Of a stretch of DNA of 23,299 nucleotides, positions 1 through 8,073 are shown piece by piece. Source of the DNA: a virus (Duplodnaviria; Heunggongvirae; Uroviricota; Caudoviricetes). Positions within the stretch are counted from its first letter, which is position 1; every line of letters begins with the position of its first letter. The translations under genes were made by a program, and so were the position numbers. The stretch is from the IMG/VR virus record IMGVR_UViG_2740892232_000005; one strand, 5' to 3'. The notes under the pieces were generated by a model that saw only the letters and a list, made by a program, of their open reading frames with translations, was not told the origin of the DNA and did no database searches.

Positions 1-1164
1 TTACGCCTTCTTTATATCCTCCATAATTCCAGAGTGGGACATATTTGGGACATTATCACCAAAAATGTCGTCTATTTTCCTCGCATGCTCTGTCAAATGA
101 TTAGGCGCAAGGTGAGCATACCTACGAACCATTTCTATGGACTCCCATCCGCCCATTTCCTGAAGCACTGATAATGGGACGCCTGACTGAATCAGCCAGC
201 TTGCCCAGGTGTGTCTGAGGTCATGGAAACGGAAATCTTCAATTCCTGCACGACGACAAGCTGATAGCCATGATGTCTTGCTGTCGATGCGCATCTTCCT
301 GACCGCAGGCGTTGATGTTCCATCTGCTCGCTTAGCCGCCTTGGTATGTACAAACACCCATTTGTGATGCTTGCCTATTTGATCACGCAACACTTTACAG
401 GCGGTATCGTTCAGCGCCACACCAATGGCGCGGTTTGATTTGCTCTCTTCTGGATTCACCCAGGCAACTCGTCGCTGCATGTCGATTTGTTGCCATTCCA
501 GATTTATGATGTTCGACTTTCTCAGACCAGTTGCCAGCGCAAACTTGACGACAGATTTCAGTGGTTCGGGGCACTCATCAATAAGGCGTTTTGCTTCCTC
601 CTTTTCCAGCCATCTGACTCGCTTGTTTCTGACCGCTGGTATCTTGATGACAGGCGCTTTTTCCAGCCACTTCCAGTCGCGTTCTGCAGCACGGAGAATG
701 GCCTTTATCATGGCAAGATGCTTTGCCTTTGTCTGAGTTGATACTGGCTTTGGTTCATAAACAGGCGGTTCTTTACCTTTCCTGATGGCGGCCCGAACTT
801 TCTGTTTCCATATTTCTTTCGTCTTTCTGTTATGCATTCTGCTTACAGCAGAGTAAATCTTTGCCTCCGAGATATCTTTAAGCCTTATACCCTCAAAATG
901 TTCAAGCCAGAACTCAATCCGGCTTTTATCTGAATCGAGAGATTTTTTATCAGCCTTTTCCTCAAGCCATCTTAGGCAGGCCTCTTCAAAAGTGACATCA
1001 GGTAAATCCCCTAGCTTTTCTACTCGCCAGAGTTCTGCTTTTCGCTTGTCGTGCAACTCCTGAGCTTGCCGCTTGTCCTTTGTGCCAAGAGATTCCTTAA
1101 TTCGTTTCCCGCCCGGGAGCGAATACGAGGCATACCATATTTCATTTCTGCGGAAGAGTGACAT
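1..1164 (-). CDS. int: Phage integrase, tyrosine recombinase (P22 Int / IntS-like, 387 aa)
   Basis: Full ORF in track; C-terminal catalytic region with HDLRHTWAS...[16 protein letters not shown] motif typical of tyrosine recombinases; length and N-terminus (MSLFRR...) resemble P22-type integrases as I recall them. Stop codon at window position 1-3, so the att site lies off-window. Confidence 0.93.
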   Translation of the reverse strand: MSLFRRNEIWYASYSLPGGKRIKESLGTKDKRQAQELHDKRKAELWRVEKLGDLPDVTFEEACLRWLEEKADKKSLDSDKSRIEFWLEHFEGIRLKDISEAKIYSAVSRMHNRKTKEIWKQKVRAAIRKGKEPPVYEPKPVSTQTKAKHLAMIKAILRAAERDWKWLEKAPVIKIPAVRNKRVRWLEKEEAKRLIDECPEPLKSVVKFALATGLRKSNIINLEWQQIDMQRRVAWVNPEESKSNRAIGVALNDTACKVLRDQIGKHHKWVFVHTKAAKRADGTSTPAVRKMRIDSKTSWLSACRRAGIEDFRFHDLRHTWASWLIQSGVPLSVLQEMGGWESIEMVRRYAHLAPNHLTEHARKIDDIFGDNVPNMSHSGIMEDIKKA

Positions 1165-1391
1165 TTTCTTTCCTCTGTTATGCCATCACCCGCGCTCACC
1201 TGGACAGTATGCAGCGGAGACTGAAGCGCCGCAATGCAGGCTTGCCGTGTTGTGAGGTAAGGAGATTTTGGCTTGGTTGGATCTTTACGTGTTGCCTGTA
1301 GGCGGCCTGTTCGTATCCAGTTGGTGGCGGTTGGTCTGGATATCTGAAGAAACTGACAGGCCTCATCGAGTGTGAGGCTGTATGGCTCCAT
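1020..1391 (-). CDS. xis: Excisionase-like HTH DNA-binding protein (P22 Xis-like), overlapping the int start
   Basis: Internal ATG (1391..1389) of the 1020..1475 ORF, giving [31 protein letters not shown], an AlpA/excisionase-type HTH; sits immediately upstream of and overlapping int by about 145 nt; start overlaps the stop of the upstream gene (TAATG). Confidence 0.7.
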   Translation of the reverse strand: MEPYSLTLDEACQFLQISRPTATNWIRTGRLQATRKDPTKPKSPYLTTRQACIAALQSPLHTVQVSAGDGITEERKCHSSAEMKYGMPRIRSRAGNELRNLLAQRTSGKLRSCTTSEKQNSGE

Positions 1392-1696
1392 TATTTCACC
1401 TCTTGCTGTGTCATTGTTGAAAAATGGATAACAGCTCGTTGCTGCCAGACGATCCAACCGAGAGTCATATCCCATGCCATGTATTCGTTATCGCCGTTTT
1501 TTGCTCTCCGACGATCTACTAAGTCACCGAAACGCTTTTCCATGAATAATTCATAGGCTTCGCGTTCATCTGGCTCTACTTCCAGAGATACGAGTGCGAT
1601 TTCATAAGCACGGCGCTCAATATCGTCTCGAACCTCTAGGCTGCTGATTCGTTCTTTGATTTCTTTAATCAGTTCTTTATTGGTAAATGTGGTCAT
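1391..1696 (-). CDS. yfdT: YfdT-like prophage protein (101 aa), function unknown
   Basis: ORF of 101 aa in operon order and size matching the CPS-53 yfdP-Q-R-S-T cluster (from memory); acidic helical sequence; start overlaps the stop of the upstream gene. Confidence 0.6.
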   Translation of the reverse strand: MTTFTNKELIKEIKERISSLEVRDDIERRAYEIALVSLEVEPDEREAYELFMEKRFGDLVDRRRAKNGDNEYMAWDMTLGWIVWQQRAVIHFSTMTQQEVK

Positions 1697-2058
1697 TATG
1701 CTCCAGCCTCCGGTGCTTTTGGCATTACTGCCCAGTGAGTGATATTGACGTTTTCAAGGTCCCCGACCTGAAATGTCCACTGCCATTCTCCGGTTTCTTT
1801 TTGTCCCCAGGTGTACCAGAGAGAACGCCAGCCAATCAGCCAGCCTTCTCCATTAGCATCAAATAACAGAACACTTTCATTTGCTGGTGGCAGTTCAGCT
1901 GACACTGGTATTATTTTGTTTTCCAGTGCCGCACATTTAGCTTCAAGCGCGTCGAATTTACGTAACAGGTACTCAGCATTTGTTTCATTCACTTTCAGAT
2001 CTCGCGGTACACATTTCCCGCGAAGAAACCCTTCCATTTCGAAAACATTCATGCGCAT
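1696..2058 (-). CDS. yfdS: YfdS-like prophage protein (about 118-120 aa)
   Basis: ORF 120 aa, Trp-rich C-terminus; alternative ATG at 2052 overlaps the yfdR-like stop (ATGA); position and size match CPS-53 yfdS. Confidence 0.6.
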   Translation of the reverse strand: MRMNVFEMEGFLRGKCVPRDLKVNETNAEYLLRKFDALEAKCAALENKIIPVSAELPPANESVLLFDANGEGWLIGWRSLWYTWGQKETGEWQWTFQVGDLENVNITHWAVMPKAPEAGA

Positions 2059-2585
2059 TTGCGTAACTCCGATAAATCGTTAAAACGTTCCATAAACATC
2101 CCGTAGGCATGACCCGGTGCCAGTGGAATCACGTTGAACATCTCTGTTGCCGGGATGCCTTCCAGTACAGGCCAGAAAGAGCCATCATCAAGCCCGAGAT
2201 CGCGGCGTTCGGTTGCCAGCATGATAAGATCGGCATATTTCACGGGCGTACTCATAACTGGGGGTAACCCGTATTTCTCACGGATTACGGCGTCAATTTT
2301 TTCTTCCATCCGTTTATAGTCAGGAAGAAGGCGTTTCAGTGGAGCGGGAATATCCTGGCAATACGCTTCTGTTGCATCATGCATTAACGCTTCAAAAGCA
2401 AATTCCTGCGGCACCAGCTGGCTGCAAAGCACCGCATGTTGGGCGACACTGTAGAAGTGAGAAAGATGACCGGCAAAGCGGCAGATATTTGAAAGGGAAA
2501 CCGCGATATCGTTAATCACGATGTCGTCTTTATTTATCTTGTCATAATAAAAATGCTTCCCGGAAAAAGTTTTAATAAATGACAT
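2049..2585 (-). CDS. yfdR: HD-domain phosphohydrolase (YfdR-like 5'-deoxynucleotidase), 178 aa
   Basis: HD motif context (HAVLCSQL...ALMHDATEAY); internal ATG at 2585 with GGAG RBS gives 178 aa, the size of E. coli YfdR; the track ORF extends to 2612. Confidence 0.8.
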   Translation of the reverse strand: MSFIKTFSGKHFYYDKINKDDIVINDIAVSLSNICRFAGHLSHFYSVAQHAVLCSQLVPQEFAFEALMHDATEAYCQDIPAPLKRLLPDYKRMEEKIDAVIREKYGLPPVMSTPVKYADLIMLATERRDLGLDDGSFWPVLEGIPATEMFNVIPLAPGHAYGMFMERFNDLSELRKCA

Positions 2586-2712
2586 TTTGTTCTCCACGTA
2601 TATGCGCTGCACCGCGCTGAGTTTGGGTAAAAGGAAGCCCTCACCATCCGGTGATTATTGAGTTAATTACGTTTCCATAAATGCCCCCGCAGGGGCATTT
2701 GCAGTAATGAAA

Positions 2713-3537
2713 TCAGGCGGTGAAAGTACCAATAAAGGTTTCTACTTTGCTGTCTTTGAATTTCTCAACAAGCAGATCACGAAATTCGTTAGCCATATCT
2801 TCCTGCACCGCTTCCAGCTGAATAATGCGCAGAACCAGTACAGGACGATCGCCAGTGATAATGCTGAGGCGTAATTTAAACGGACGTTCTTTCAGACCTT
2901 CAAACGGAACGCATTTAAATTCAAATGCCACTGGCATAATGTCTTTGGTCTTCGCTTCGACAGATTCCATCAGGGAGCGTTTGCCGCTGAAGTCATTATC
3001 TTCAAAATCAGCGGTCTGGTTTGCTTCAATCGTGATTTTACGGACTGCCGCAGCCGCTTTTGTTGCCTGAATGGTGTCACCATTAGCATCAAAGCCCACA
3101 AGGTAGTCGGCCCAGTCTTCAATCCATTCTGCCAGTGACTTCTGGGAGTTACGCTCGCCGTTAACAGACAACAGGGCAGAGAACGGTGCTGTCTTTTTCA
3201 GTTTGAGAGTGGCGGTGTTATCTGCGTGACCTGGTTCATCAATAGTACCCAGGTTAAGTACACTGACGGCACGCATATTATCAGCATCGATAAAGCAGCG
3301 GGTGCCTTCATCTGCAAGATCTTTAGAATAACGGGTAAAGTCATCGATGCTGGCAGTGGAAAGCGCACCACGGAAACGGAAGCGATTTAAATTAAATTTT
3401 TCCAGATCATGAATGCGGAAATTCTCAGGCAATGCCACAGCATCGGCACCAATCTTACTGATAATTTCATTAACACCCTGAGCAGAAATAAGGGCATGGA
3501 TTTGATTAATTGCGGTTGCGTCTAAGTTCTGAGACAT
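2713..3537 (-). CDS. yfdQ: YfdQ-like protein (DUF2303 family), 274 aa
   Basis: 274-aa ORF with GAGGA RBS upstream of ATG 3537; size and position match CPS-53 yfdQ. Confidence 0.75.
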   Translation of the reverse strand: MSQNLDATAINQIHALISAQGVNEIISKIGADAVALPENFRIHDLEKFNLNRFRFRGALSTASIDDFTRYSKDLADEGTRCFIDADNMRAVSVLNLGTIDEPGHADNTATLKLKKTAPFSALLSVNGERNSQKSLAEWIEDWADYLVGFDANGDTIQATKAAAAVRKITIEANQTADFEDNDFSGKRSLMESVEAKTKDIMPVAFEFKCVPFEGLKERPFKLRLSIITGDRPVLVLRIIQLEAVQEDMANEFRDLLVEKFKDSKVETFIGTFTA

Positions 3538-3602
3538 AATAAGTCCTCACTATATAAAGATATTCAGTGATGAGATAAATAATCAGTTAATTAAGAACGA
3601 TA

Positions 3603-3965
3603 TTAATGACCTGCTGCGCGTAGTTTTCCGTCAGGTTCACCGGCAAGAGTCAGTAATTGTCCCTGGTCTTCCTGCAGAATAGTCAGGCGACCACCGCGAT
3701 TGACATACATCGGCGTTTCGGTGGTGTCTTCTTCGGAAATTTTCCCGCGGTTAGTCGGGCGAACATATGAGAGTTTGTGTTTGATTTTCACACGGTTCTC
3801 ATCAAATGGTTCGATTTCCAGGTTGAGTGAGACCTTACCTTTGGTTTTCGTGTTCATCACACCGGAAGCGACTTCACTGAGAACTGCGCCGATTTTGGTT
3901 TCAAATACGCCGCCGTCCAGCTCCCCGATAAATGCCTGCACATCAGTACTGCGTTCGCTAGCCAT
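3603..3965 (-). CDS. yfdP: YfdP-like protein, 120 aa
   Basis: Track ORF 3603..4196 has an internal ATG at 3965 preceded by GAGGAG; it yields 120 aa (MASERSTDVQAF...), the size of YfdP. The upstream extension runs through a non-coding inverted-repeat region and is rejected. Confidence 0.65.
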   Translation of the reverse strand: MASERSTDVQAFIGELDGGVFETKIGAVLSEVASGVMNTKTKGKVSLNLEIEPFDENRVKIKHKLSYVRPTNRGKISEEDTTETPMYVNRGGRLTILQEDQGQLLTLAGEPDGKLRAAGH

Positions 3966-4566
3966 TTTGCTGCTCCTCATCATATCGACCCTGCAAGGTC
4001 GGTTGGTTTCTCCACAAAACAGAGAAGAACACCTGCGGTGGCAGCCGCCCGGATGGATTGGGTTATGAGCCTGTCGTCCGGTGATGCTCTTCTCTGTTTT
4101 GTAAAAAGAGCGGTACCAGCCGGAAGCAAGTGTACAAACTGGTACCGCCAAAGCAGTGGCTGTTGTGGTGGGGTTGTCACTCAGGCGTATGGTCAACCTG
4201 ACAATCCGGTGTCCTCAACGGGGAAAGAGTAACCCCGCCATACTTACCGCCGCGCCATTTCGCGGATTACCACAACGCTGAGAGCACTTAGCCAGTTACG
4301 GCACCACACTTTGTCGCGGCTCCATAAATGCCCTCATCGTTGCACCCTGGTCTCTTCCCAGGCGTCAAACCGGATCGCCACGCTGGTTAGGCGTCTTATC
4401 AGCATCATCATTGACTTGCACATTCCGGCTACCTGGTTTGTTTGCCCGAGCAAGAAGTGGATTGTCCCCTTTAACGTCCCCAGACCGCTAACGACGCATG
4501 TGCCATACGCCGTGTTACAACCAAATTTTGTTTGAATCTTGCCTGCCTCATGTTTCTTTTGGATAC

Positions 4567-4594
4567 ATTATGTATCTCATGGGTACATTGTCAA
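4567..4594 (-). promoter_or_regulatory. Candidate early-left promoter (PL-like): -35 TTGACA (4594..4589), 16-nt spacer, -10 CATAAT (4572..4567) on the minus strand, overlapping an operator-like palindrome
   Basis: Read directly from the reverse complement; near-consensus sigma70 hexamers; overlaps palindromes 4563-4577 (GATACATTATGTATC) and 4570-4588 (ATGTATCTCATGGGTACAT), the latter resembling the OR sites. Confidence 0.4.
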
Positions 4595-4597
4595 GTA

Positions 4598-4622
4598 TAA
4601 AAAAACCTGCCGAAGCAGGTTC
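4598..4622 (-). terminator. Rho-independent terminator downstream of cI (minus strand)
   Basis: On the minus strand: stem AACCTGC-TTCG-GCAGGTT followed by a T7 run (A-run 4599-4605 on the top strand), immediately 3' of the cI stop at 4634. Confidence 0.6.
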
Positions 4623-4633
4623 ATAAATATTGA

Positions 4634-5308
4634 TTAGGCCTTTATTGTGTATCTTCTTGGTTTTCCCGAGAAAATCACTGTACCAATTATAGAGCAATTA
4701 CCGTTAATCTTAATGTAAGGCTCAGGCCAGTTTGGGTTTAATGCTTTGAGATAACGCTGTGTTCCATCTTCTATCAATCGCTTGAAGGTGGTTTCGCCTG
4801 TATCGTGCATCAATGCAATAACGTCGTCACCGTGGCAGGCAGGGACTTCGGGATCAACAAAAATCATGTCTCCAGGGCGGTACTCATCAATCATTGAATC
4901 ACCAATCACCCGCAAGATATAAGTCATTTCGCCACAGGGTACAGGGCAGGGATACGTTTCTGCTGTGCTCAAATCAACCTCAGAATAGCCAACTTCTTTC
5001 CATGCTCCGGCCTGTACCCATGATATGACAGGGACTAACGTTATTTGTTTGTTAGTGATTGAAACATCAGGTTTTTTTGTGATGTTCGTTGTCTGGTGTT
5101 CTTGATCAAGCCATCCGACAGGCAGGTCGAAACATTTTTCGATGTGCCGTGCCATGCTGTCACCGATATTTTTAGTAGCGCCATCCCCCATAAACCTGCT
5201 GGTTTGGGTTGGCTCGCGATCAATCATGGTGGCAAAGGATGAATTTCCGCCAACACCATCTCTCAGTTTTCTGGCGTTAGACCGCCGGATGTCATGGATT
5301 GTTTTCAT
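4634..5308 (-). CDS. cI: Prophage repressor, CI-like, with N-terminal HTH and C-terminal S24 (LexA-like) autopeptidase domain
   Basis: 224 aa; C-terminal GDSM...K (Ser/Lys dyad) S24 peptidase signature, Ala-Gly (QAGAW) candidate cleavage site, N-terminal phage-CI-type HTH; divergent from the cro-like gene across an operator region. Confidence 0.9.
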   Translation of the reverse strand: MKTIHDIRRSNARKLRDGVGGNSSFATMIDREPTQTSRFMGDGATKNIGDSMARHIEKCFDLPVGWLDQEHQTTNITKKPDVSITNKQITLVPVISWVQAGAWKEVGYSEVDLSTAETYPCPVPCGEMTYILRVIGDSMIDEYRPGDMIFVDPEVPACHGDDVIALMHDTGETTFKRLIEDGTQRYLKALNPNWPEPYIKINGNCSIIGTVIFSGKPRRYTIKA

Positions 5309-5324
5309 AACGAAATTAAAACCT

Positions 5325-5343
5325 TTGTACCGATAAGGTACAA
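5325..5343. promoter_or_regulatory. Operator-like palindrome A (TTGTACC-gataa-GGTACAA) in the cI/cro intergenic region
   Basis: Perfect 7-bp inverted repeat read from the sequence; shares half-site GTAC(C)/GGTAC with sites at 5375-5393 and 4570-4588. Confidence 0.5.
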
Positions 5344-5348
5344 GTATC

Positions 5349-5376
5349 TTGAAGGTTCATTTCAATCATGTAATAT
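5349..5376 (+). promoter_or_regulatory. Candidate PR promoter: -35 TTGAAG (5349-5354), 16-nt spacer, -10 TAATAT (5371-5376)
   Basis: Hexamers read from the sequence upstream of the cro-like start; the -10 overlaps operator B. Confidence 0.35.
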
Positions 5377-5393
5377 GTATACCGGAGGTACAT
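5375..5393. promoter_or_regulatory. Operator-like palindrome B (ATGTATACC-gga-GGTACAT) overlapping the PR -10 and cro RBS
   Basis: Inverted repeat read from the sequence; similar to site A and to the OL-like site at 4570-4588. Confidence 0.5.
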
Positions 5394-5398
5394 ATTGT

Positions 5399-5599
5399 AT
5401 GAAAGCGTATTGGGACTCTTTAACCAAAGAACAGCAGGGCGAGTTGGCCGGAAAAGTTGGCTCAACACCTGGCTACTTACGGCTGGTTTTCAATGGTTAT
5501 AAAAAAGCCAGTTTTGTGCTGGCGAAAAAACTTGAGCAATGCACGTCAGGTGCAATTACGAAATCTGACTTAAGACCGGATATCTATCCGAAAGATTAA
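5399..5599 (+). CDS. cro: Cro-like HTH regulator (66 aa)
   Basis: Internal ATG at 5399 of track ORF 5294..5599, GGAGG RBS upstream; small basic HTH protein divergent from cI; the longer track ORF would overlap the cI start and operators. Confidence 0.75.
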   Translation: MKAYWDSLTKEQQGELAGKVGSTPGYLRLVFNGYKKASFVLAKKLEQCTSGAITKSDLRPDIYPKD

Positions 5600-5630
5600 C
5601 AGAACACCTTCAATTTTTAACCACAGAACG

Positions 5631-6194
5631 ATGAGGCTAACCGTGGGTAAGTATCACTGGAAAGTAGAAAAACAGCCTGAGTGGTACGTGAAAGCTGTCA
5701 GAAAAACTATCGCAGCGTTGCCGGGTGGTTACGCTGAAGCAGCTGACTGGCTGGATGTAACAGAGAACGCATTATTTAACCGCCTTCGTGCCGATGGCGA
5801 TCAGATTTTCCCGCTGGGATGGGCAATGGTTTTACAGCGCGCGGCTGGCACTCACTACATTGCGGATGCTGTCGCACAGTCTGCTGGTGGGGTGTTCGTA
5901 TCGCTTCCTGAAATTGAGGAAGTAGAGAACGCCGATATAAACCAGCGCCTGCTGGAAGTCATCGAACAGATCGGGAATTACTCAAAGCAGATTCGTTCGG
6001 CAATCGAAGATGGGGTCGTGGAGCCACACGAGCAGACAGCAATTAATGATGAGTTGTATCTGTCAATTTCGAAGCTCCAAGAGCATGCAGCACTGGTCTA
6101 CAAAATCTTTTGCGCTCCAGAAAAGAGTGACGCCCGCGAGTGTGCAGCTCCGGGCGTCGTGGCGTTTTGTGTCTGTGGAGAAACTAACGCATGA
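5631..6194 (+). CDS. CII-like / YdaT-like regulatory protein (positional call)
   Basis: 187-aa ORF immediately downstream of cro, the position of cII/YdaT-type genes in lambdoid immunity regions; family assignment is from weak recall, not a motif match. Confidence 0.55.
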   Translation: MRLTVGKYHWKVEKQPEWYVKAVRKTIAALPGGYAEAADWLDVTENALFNRLRADGDQIFPLGWAMVLQRAAGTHYIADAVAQSAGGVFVSLPEIEEVENADINQRLLEVIEQIGNYSKQIRSAIEDGVVEPHEQTAINDELYLSISKLQEHAALVYKIFCAPEKSDARECAAPGVVAFCVCGETNA

Positions 6195-7027
6195 ACAGTT
6201 TAACGGCAAATAACCGTTTGTCGCAACAGCTGGTGGTCAGTGTCGCTGAACACCTGTTGTTACGGCATGAATGCAGATTACCAAATTACCTGGCTGTAAG
6301 TAACCACAGAGAACTTTACCTGACTGTGGGGGGCGAGTTGTGCGGGAACTTAACCGCTGGTTTCGTGACGGAAGAGGGCTTTATGTCCATGTTATTCGTT
6401 GGGAACCAGAAACACAGCGCGTTATCTATCTTCGCAAAGACTACCCGCATGAGTGCTTTAGTCCTTTGTGGAAATTCAGGCGTGATTTTGTTGAGTGTGA
6501 AGGACCACCAGCACATTGATTCTGCCATTCCGGGACGTTACACTGTTCAGGCACCTTATAAAGCGGGTGACGGGATTGGCGTCCTGGAAATGTTATCGGC
6601 GATATATGACGCGCCAGCGTCTTTTTTATCGTCTGCGTCTGTGCACACCCAAATTATGGTGGGCTGGACGGGGGCACCGAAAGGTGCGCCGGTTTCCGAT
6701 AACGCCGGTTACGCCAACCCCGTTCAGTTCACCACCAGCGAAATTGGCGTTTCCGGTGGTGAAGGTAATTCACTGTTATCGGAGGCTGCCATCATGGCTA
6801 CTGTCCCAGCCCTCACTCGTCTGAATGATGAAGACTTACATAAACTCAGTTATGTAACAACTGCACTACGTGCTCTGCGCAAGGTAACTCTTTCGGATCC
6901 GCAGGCGCATCAGGTTTTGGTAGAAACCCTTCTTAACTTGCAGGCTGAACGTATTCGTCTGGCGGATAAGGCTAATTTTCATATTCACCGTCTCCTGAAT
7001 ATCAGCGGAGGGCATCGTCATGCTTAA
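6191..7027 (+). CDS. Hypothetical protein (278 aa), unknown function
   Basis: Long uninterrupted ORF; ATGA start/stop overlap with the upstream gene and ATGCTTAA overlap with the downstream gene indicate translational coupling; no motif recognised. Confidence 0.55.
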   Translation: MNSLTANNRLSQQLVVSVAEHLLLRHECRLPNYLAVSNHRELYLTVGGELCGNLTAGFVTEEGFMSMLFVGNQKHSALSIFAKTTRMSALVLCGNSGVILLSVKDHQHIDSAIPGRYTVQAPYKAGDGIGVLEMLSAIYDAPASFLSSASVHTQIMVGWTGAPKGAPVSDNAGYANPVQFTTSEIGVSGGEGNSLLSEAAIMATVPALTRLNDEDLHKLSYVTTALRALRKVTLSDPQAHQVLVETLLNLQAERIRLADKANFHIHRLLNISGGHRHA

Positions 7028-7256
7028 TCCGTTGATCCTCAATATTTGCCGTTTGCTTCAGCGTAAAAAAACATCAATTCCTACAGTTGGGCAGTGGTAC
7101 ACCACGCCTGCAGGGCATGTTCTACGTGTTAGCCTGGTTGACCGTGAATGTCAGAAGGTGATTTGTGAACCGCTGGGCCGTAATTACCGCATCAGTATGC
7201 CGCTTATAGCCTTTTGCTCCGGAAAAAACATGAAGCATCTCGGAGGTGCAGCATGA
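7020..7256 (+). CDS. Small hypothetical protein (78 aa), possibly DUF4222-like
   Basis: ORF coupled at both ends (start overlaps previous stop, stop overlaps the next ATG as ATGA); G-x-W-Y...V-x-V pattern vaguely resembles small prophage DUF4222 proteins (weak recall). Confidence 0.45.
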   Translation: MLNPLILNICRLLQRKKTSIPTVGQWYTTPAGHVLRVSLVDRECQKVICEPLGRNYRISMPLIAFCSGKNMKHLGGAA

Positions 7257-8071
7257 GTATGGAGCTGATGGTTAAAGCGATGAAAATTCGAGTGGGTAAT
7301 CCATTGCGAAAACTGGTTCTGATCAAGCTGGCTGATAATGCCAGCGATCAGGGTGAGTGCTGGCCCAGCTACCAGCATATTGCTGACCAGTGCGAGATTA
7401 GCAAACGTTCTGTGATGAATCATATTGCGGCCCTTTGTGATTCCGGGCTGGTAAAAAAAGTCACCCGGAAAGGTGAAAAAGGTAACTCAAGTAATATCTA
7501 TCTCCTTCATCTTGATGGTGCAGGAGATTCACTAGGGGGTAGTGCAAATAATTCACTATCTGGTGCAGCAAATTCACCAGGTAGTGCAGGAGTTGCACCA
7601 GGGGGTGGTGCAGGAGATTCACCCAGAACCAGTCACTCTTTTGAACCAGTCAAAGAACCAGTCAATGAACCAATAGCTGTTGGTGCATCTGCTGATGAGT
7701 CTGTGCGAGTTCGTTCAAACCGACCGGAATACTCTCCGGAGTTTGAGCAGGCATGGCTGGCATACCCCAAACGTGCTGGTGGCAATTCAAAATCTGCAGC
7801 CTTCAAAGCCTGGAAAGCCCGTTTGAATGAGGGGGTAAAACCCGAAACCATGCTGGAAGGTGTGAAACGCTACGCGGGCTGGGTATCTGCGATGGGTAAC
7901 AGCGGCACACAATTTGTGAAACAGGCTGTCACGTTCTTTGGTCCGGATCGTCATTTCGAAGAATCCTGGGAAGTTCCTGCGGTATCTGCAGCCAGACGCG
8001 AGGACCCGTACTTCAAAGCCAGTTACGACAACGTGGACTACAGCCAGATCCCGGCAGGATTCAGGGGATAA
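7253..8071 (+). CDS. Replication initiator, O-like, with N-terminal HTH and internal iteron-coded linker
   Basis: ATG 7253 with GGAGG RBS; N-terminal helix-turn-helix replication-protein-like segment (KLVLIKLADNASDQGECWPSYQHIADQCEISKRSVMNHI); Gly/Ser/Ala-rich linker encoded by direct DNA repeats (see iterons). Confidence 0.8.
   Translation: MSMELMVKAMKIRVGNPLRKLVLIKLADNASDQGECWPSYQHIADQCEISKRSVMNHIAALCDSGLVKKVTRKGEKGNSSNIYLLHLDGAGDSLGGSANNSLSGAANSPGSAGVAPGGGAGDSPRTSHSFEPVKEPVNEPIAVGASADESVRVRSNRPEYSPEFEQAWLAYPKRAGGNSKSAAFKAWKARLNEGVKPETMLEGVKRYAGWVSAMGNSGTQFVKQAVTFFGPDRHFEESWEVPAVSAARREDPYFKASYDNVDYSQIPAGFRG
7517..7622 (+). repeat. Putative origin iterons: five copies of a 16-nt motif (GGTGCAGGAGATTCAC-like) at 21-24 bp spacing inside the O-like gene
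   Basis: Copies at 7517, 7541, 7562, 7583 and 7607 read directly; followed by three GAACCAGTCA repeats at 7628-7660; lambdoid ori sequences lie inside the O gene (established). Confidence 0.55.
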
Positions 8072-8073
8072 TC

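Noticed and set aside
425-741. Plus-strand ORFs (103 aa, 84 aa) inside the integrase gene
   Set aside because: Antisense to a strongly supported integrase CDS; no RBS; typical spurious antisense ORFs.
3966-4196. N-terminal extension of the yfdP-like ORF (track ORF 3603..4196, 197 aa) and the 66-aa ORF 3980..4180 as a possible N-like antiterminator
   Set aside because: The extension runs through an inverted-repeat region with no RBS, whereas the internal ATG at 3965 has a GAGGAG RBS and gives the expected 120 aa; the 66-aa ORF has no arginine-rich motif or RBS.
6316-6824. Alternative-frame ORFs (70 aa minus, 102 aa plus) inside the 278-aa hypothetical gene
   Set aside because: The 278-aa frame is uninterrupted and translationally coupled at both ends; the alternative frames give Arg-rich, low-complexity products.
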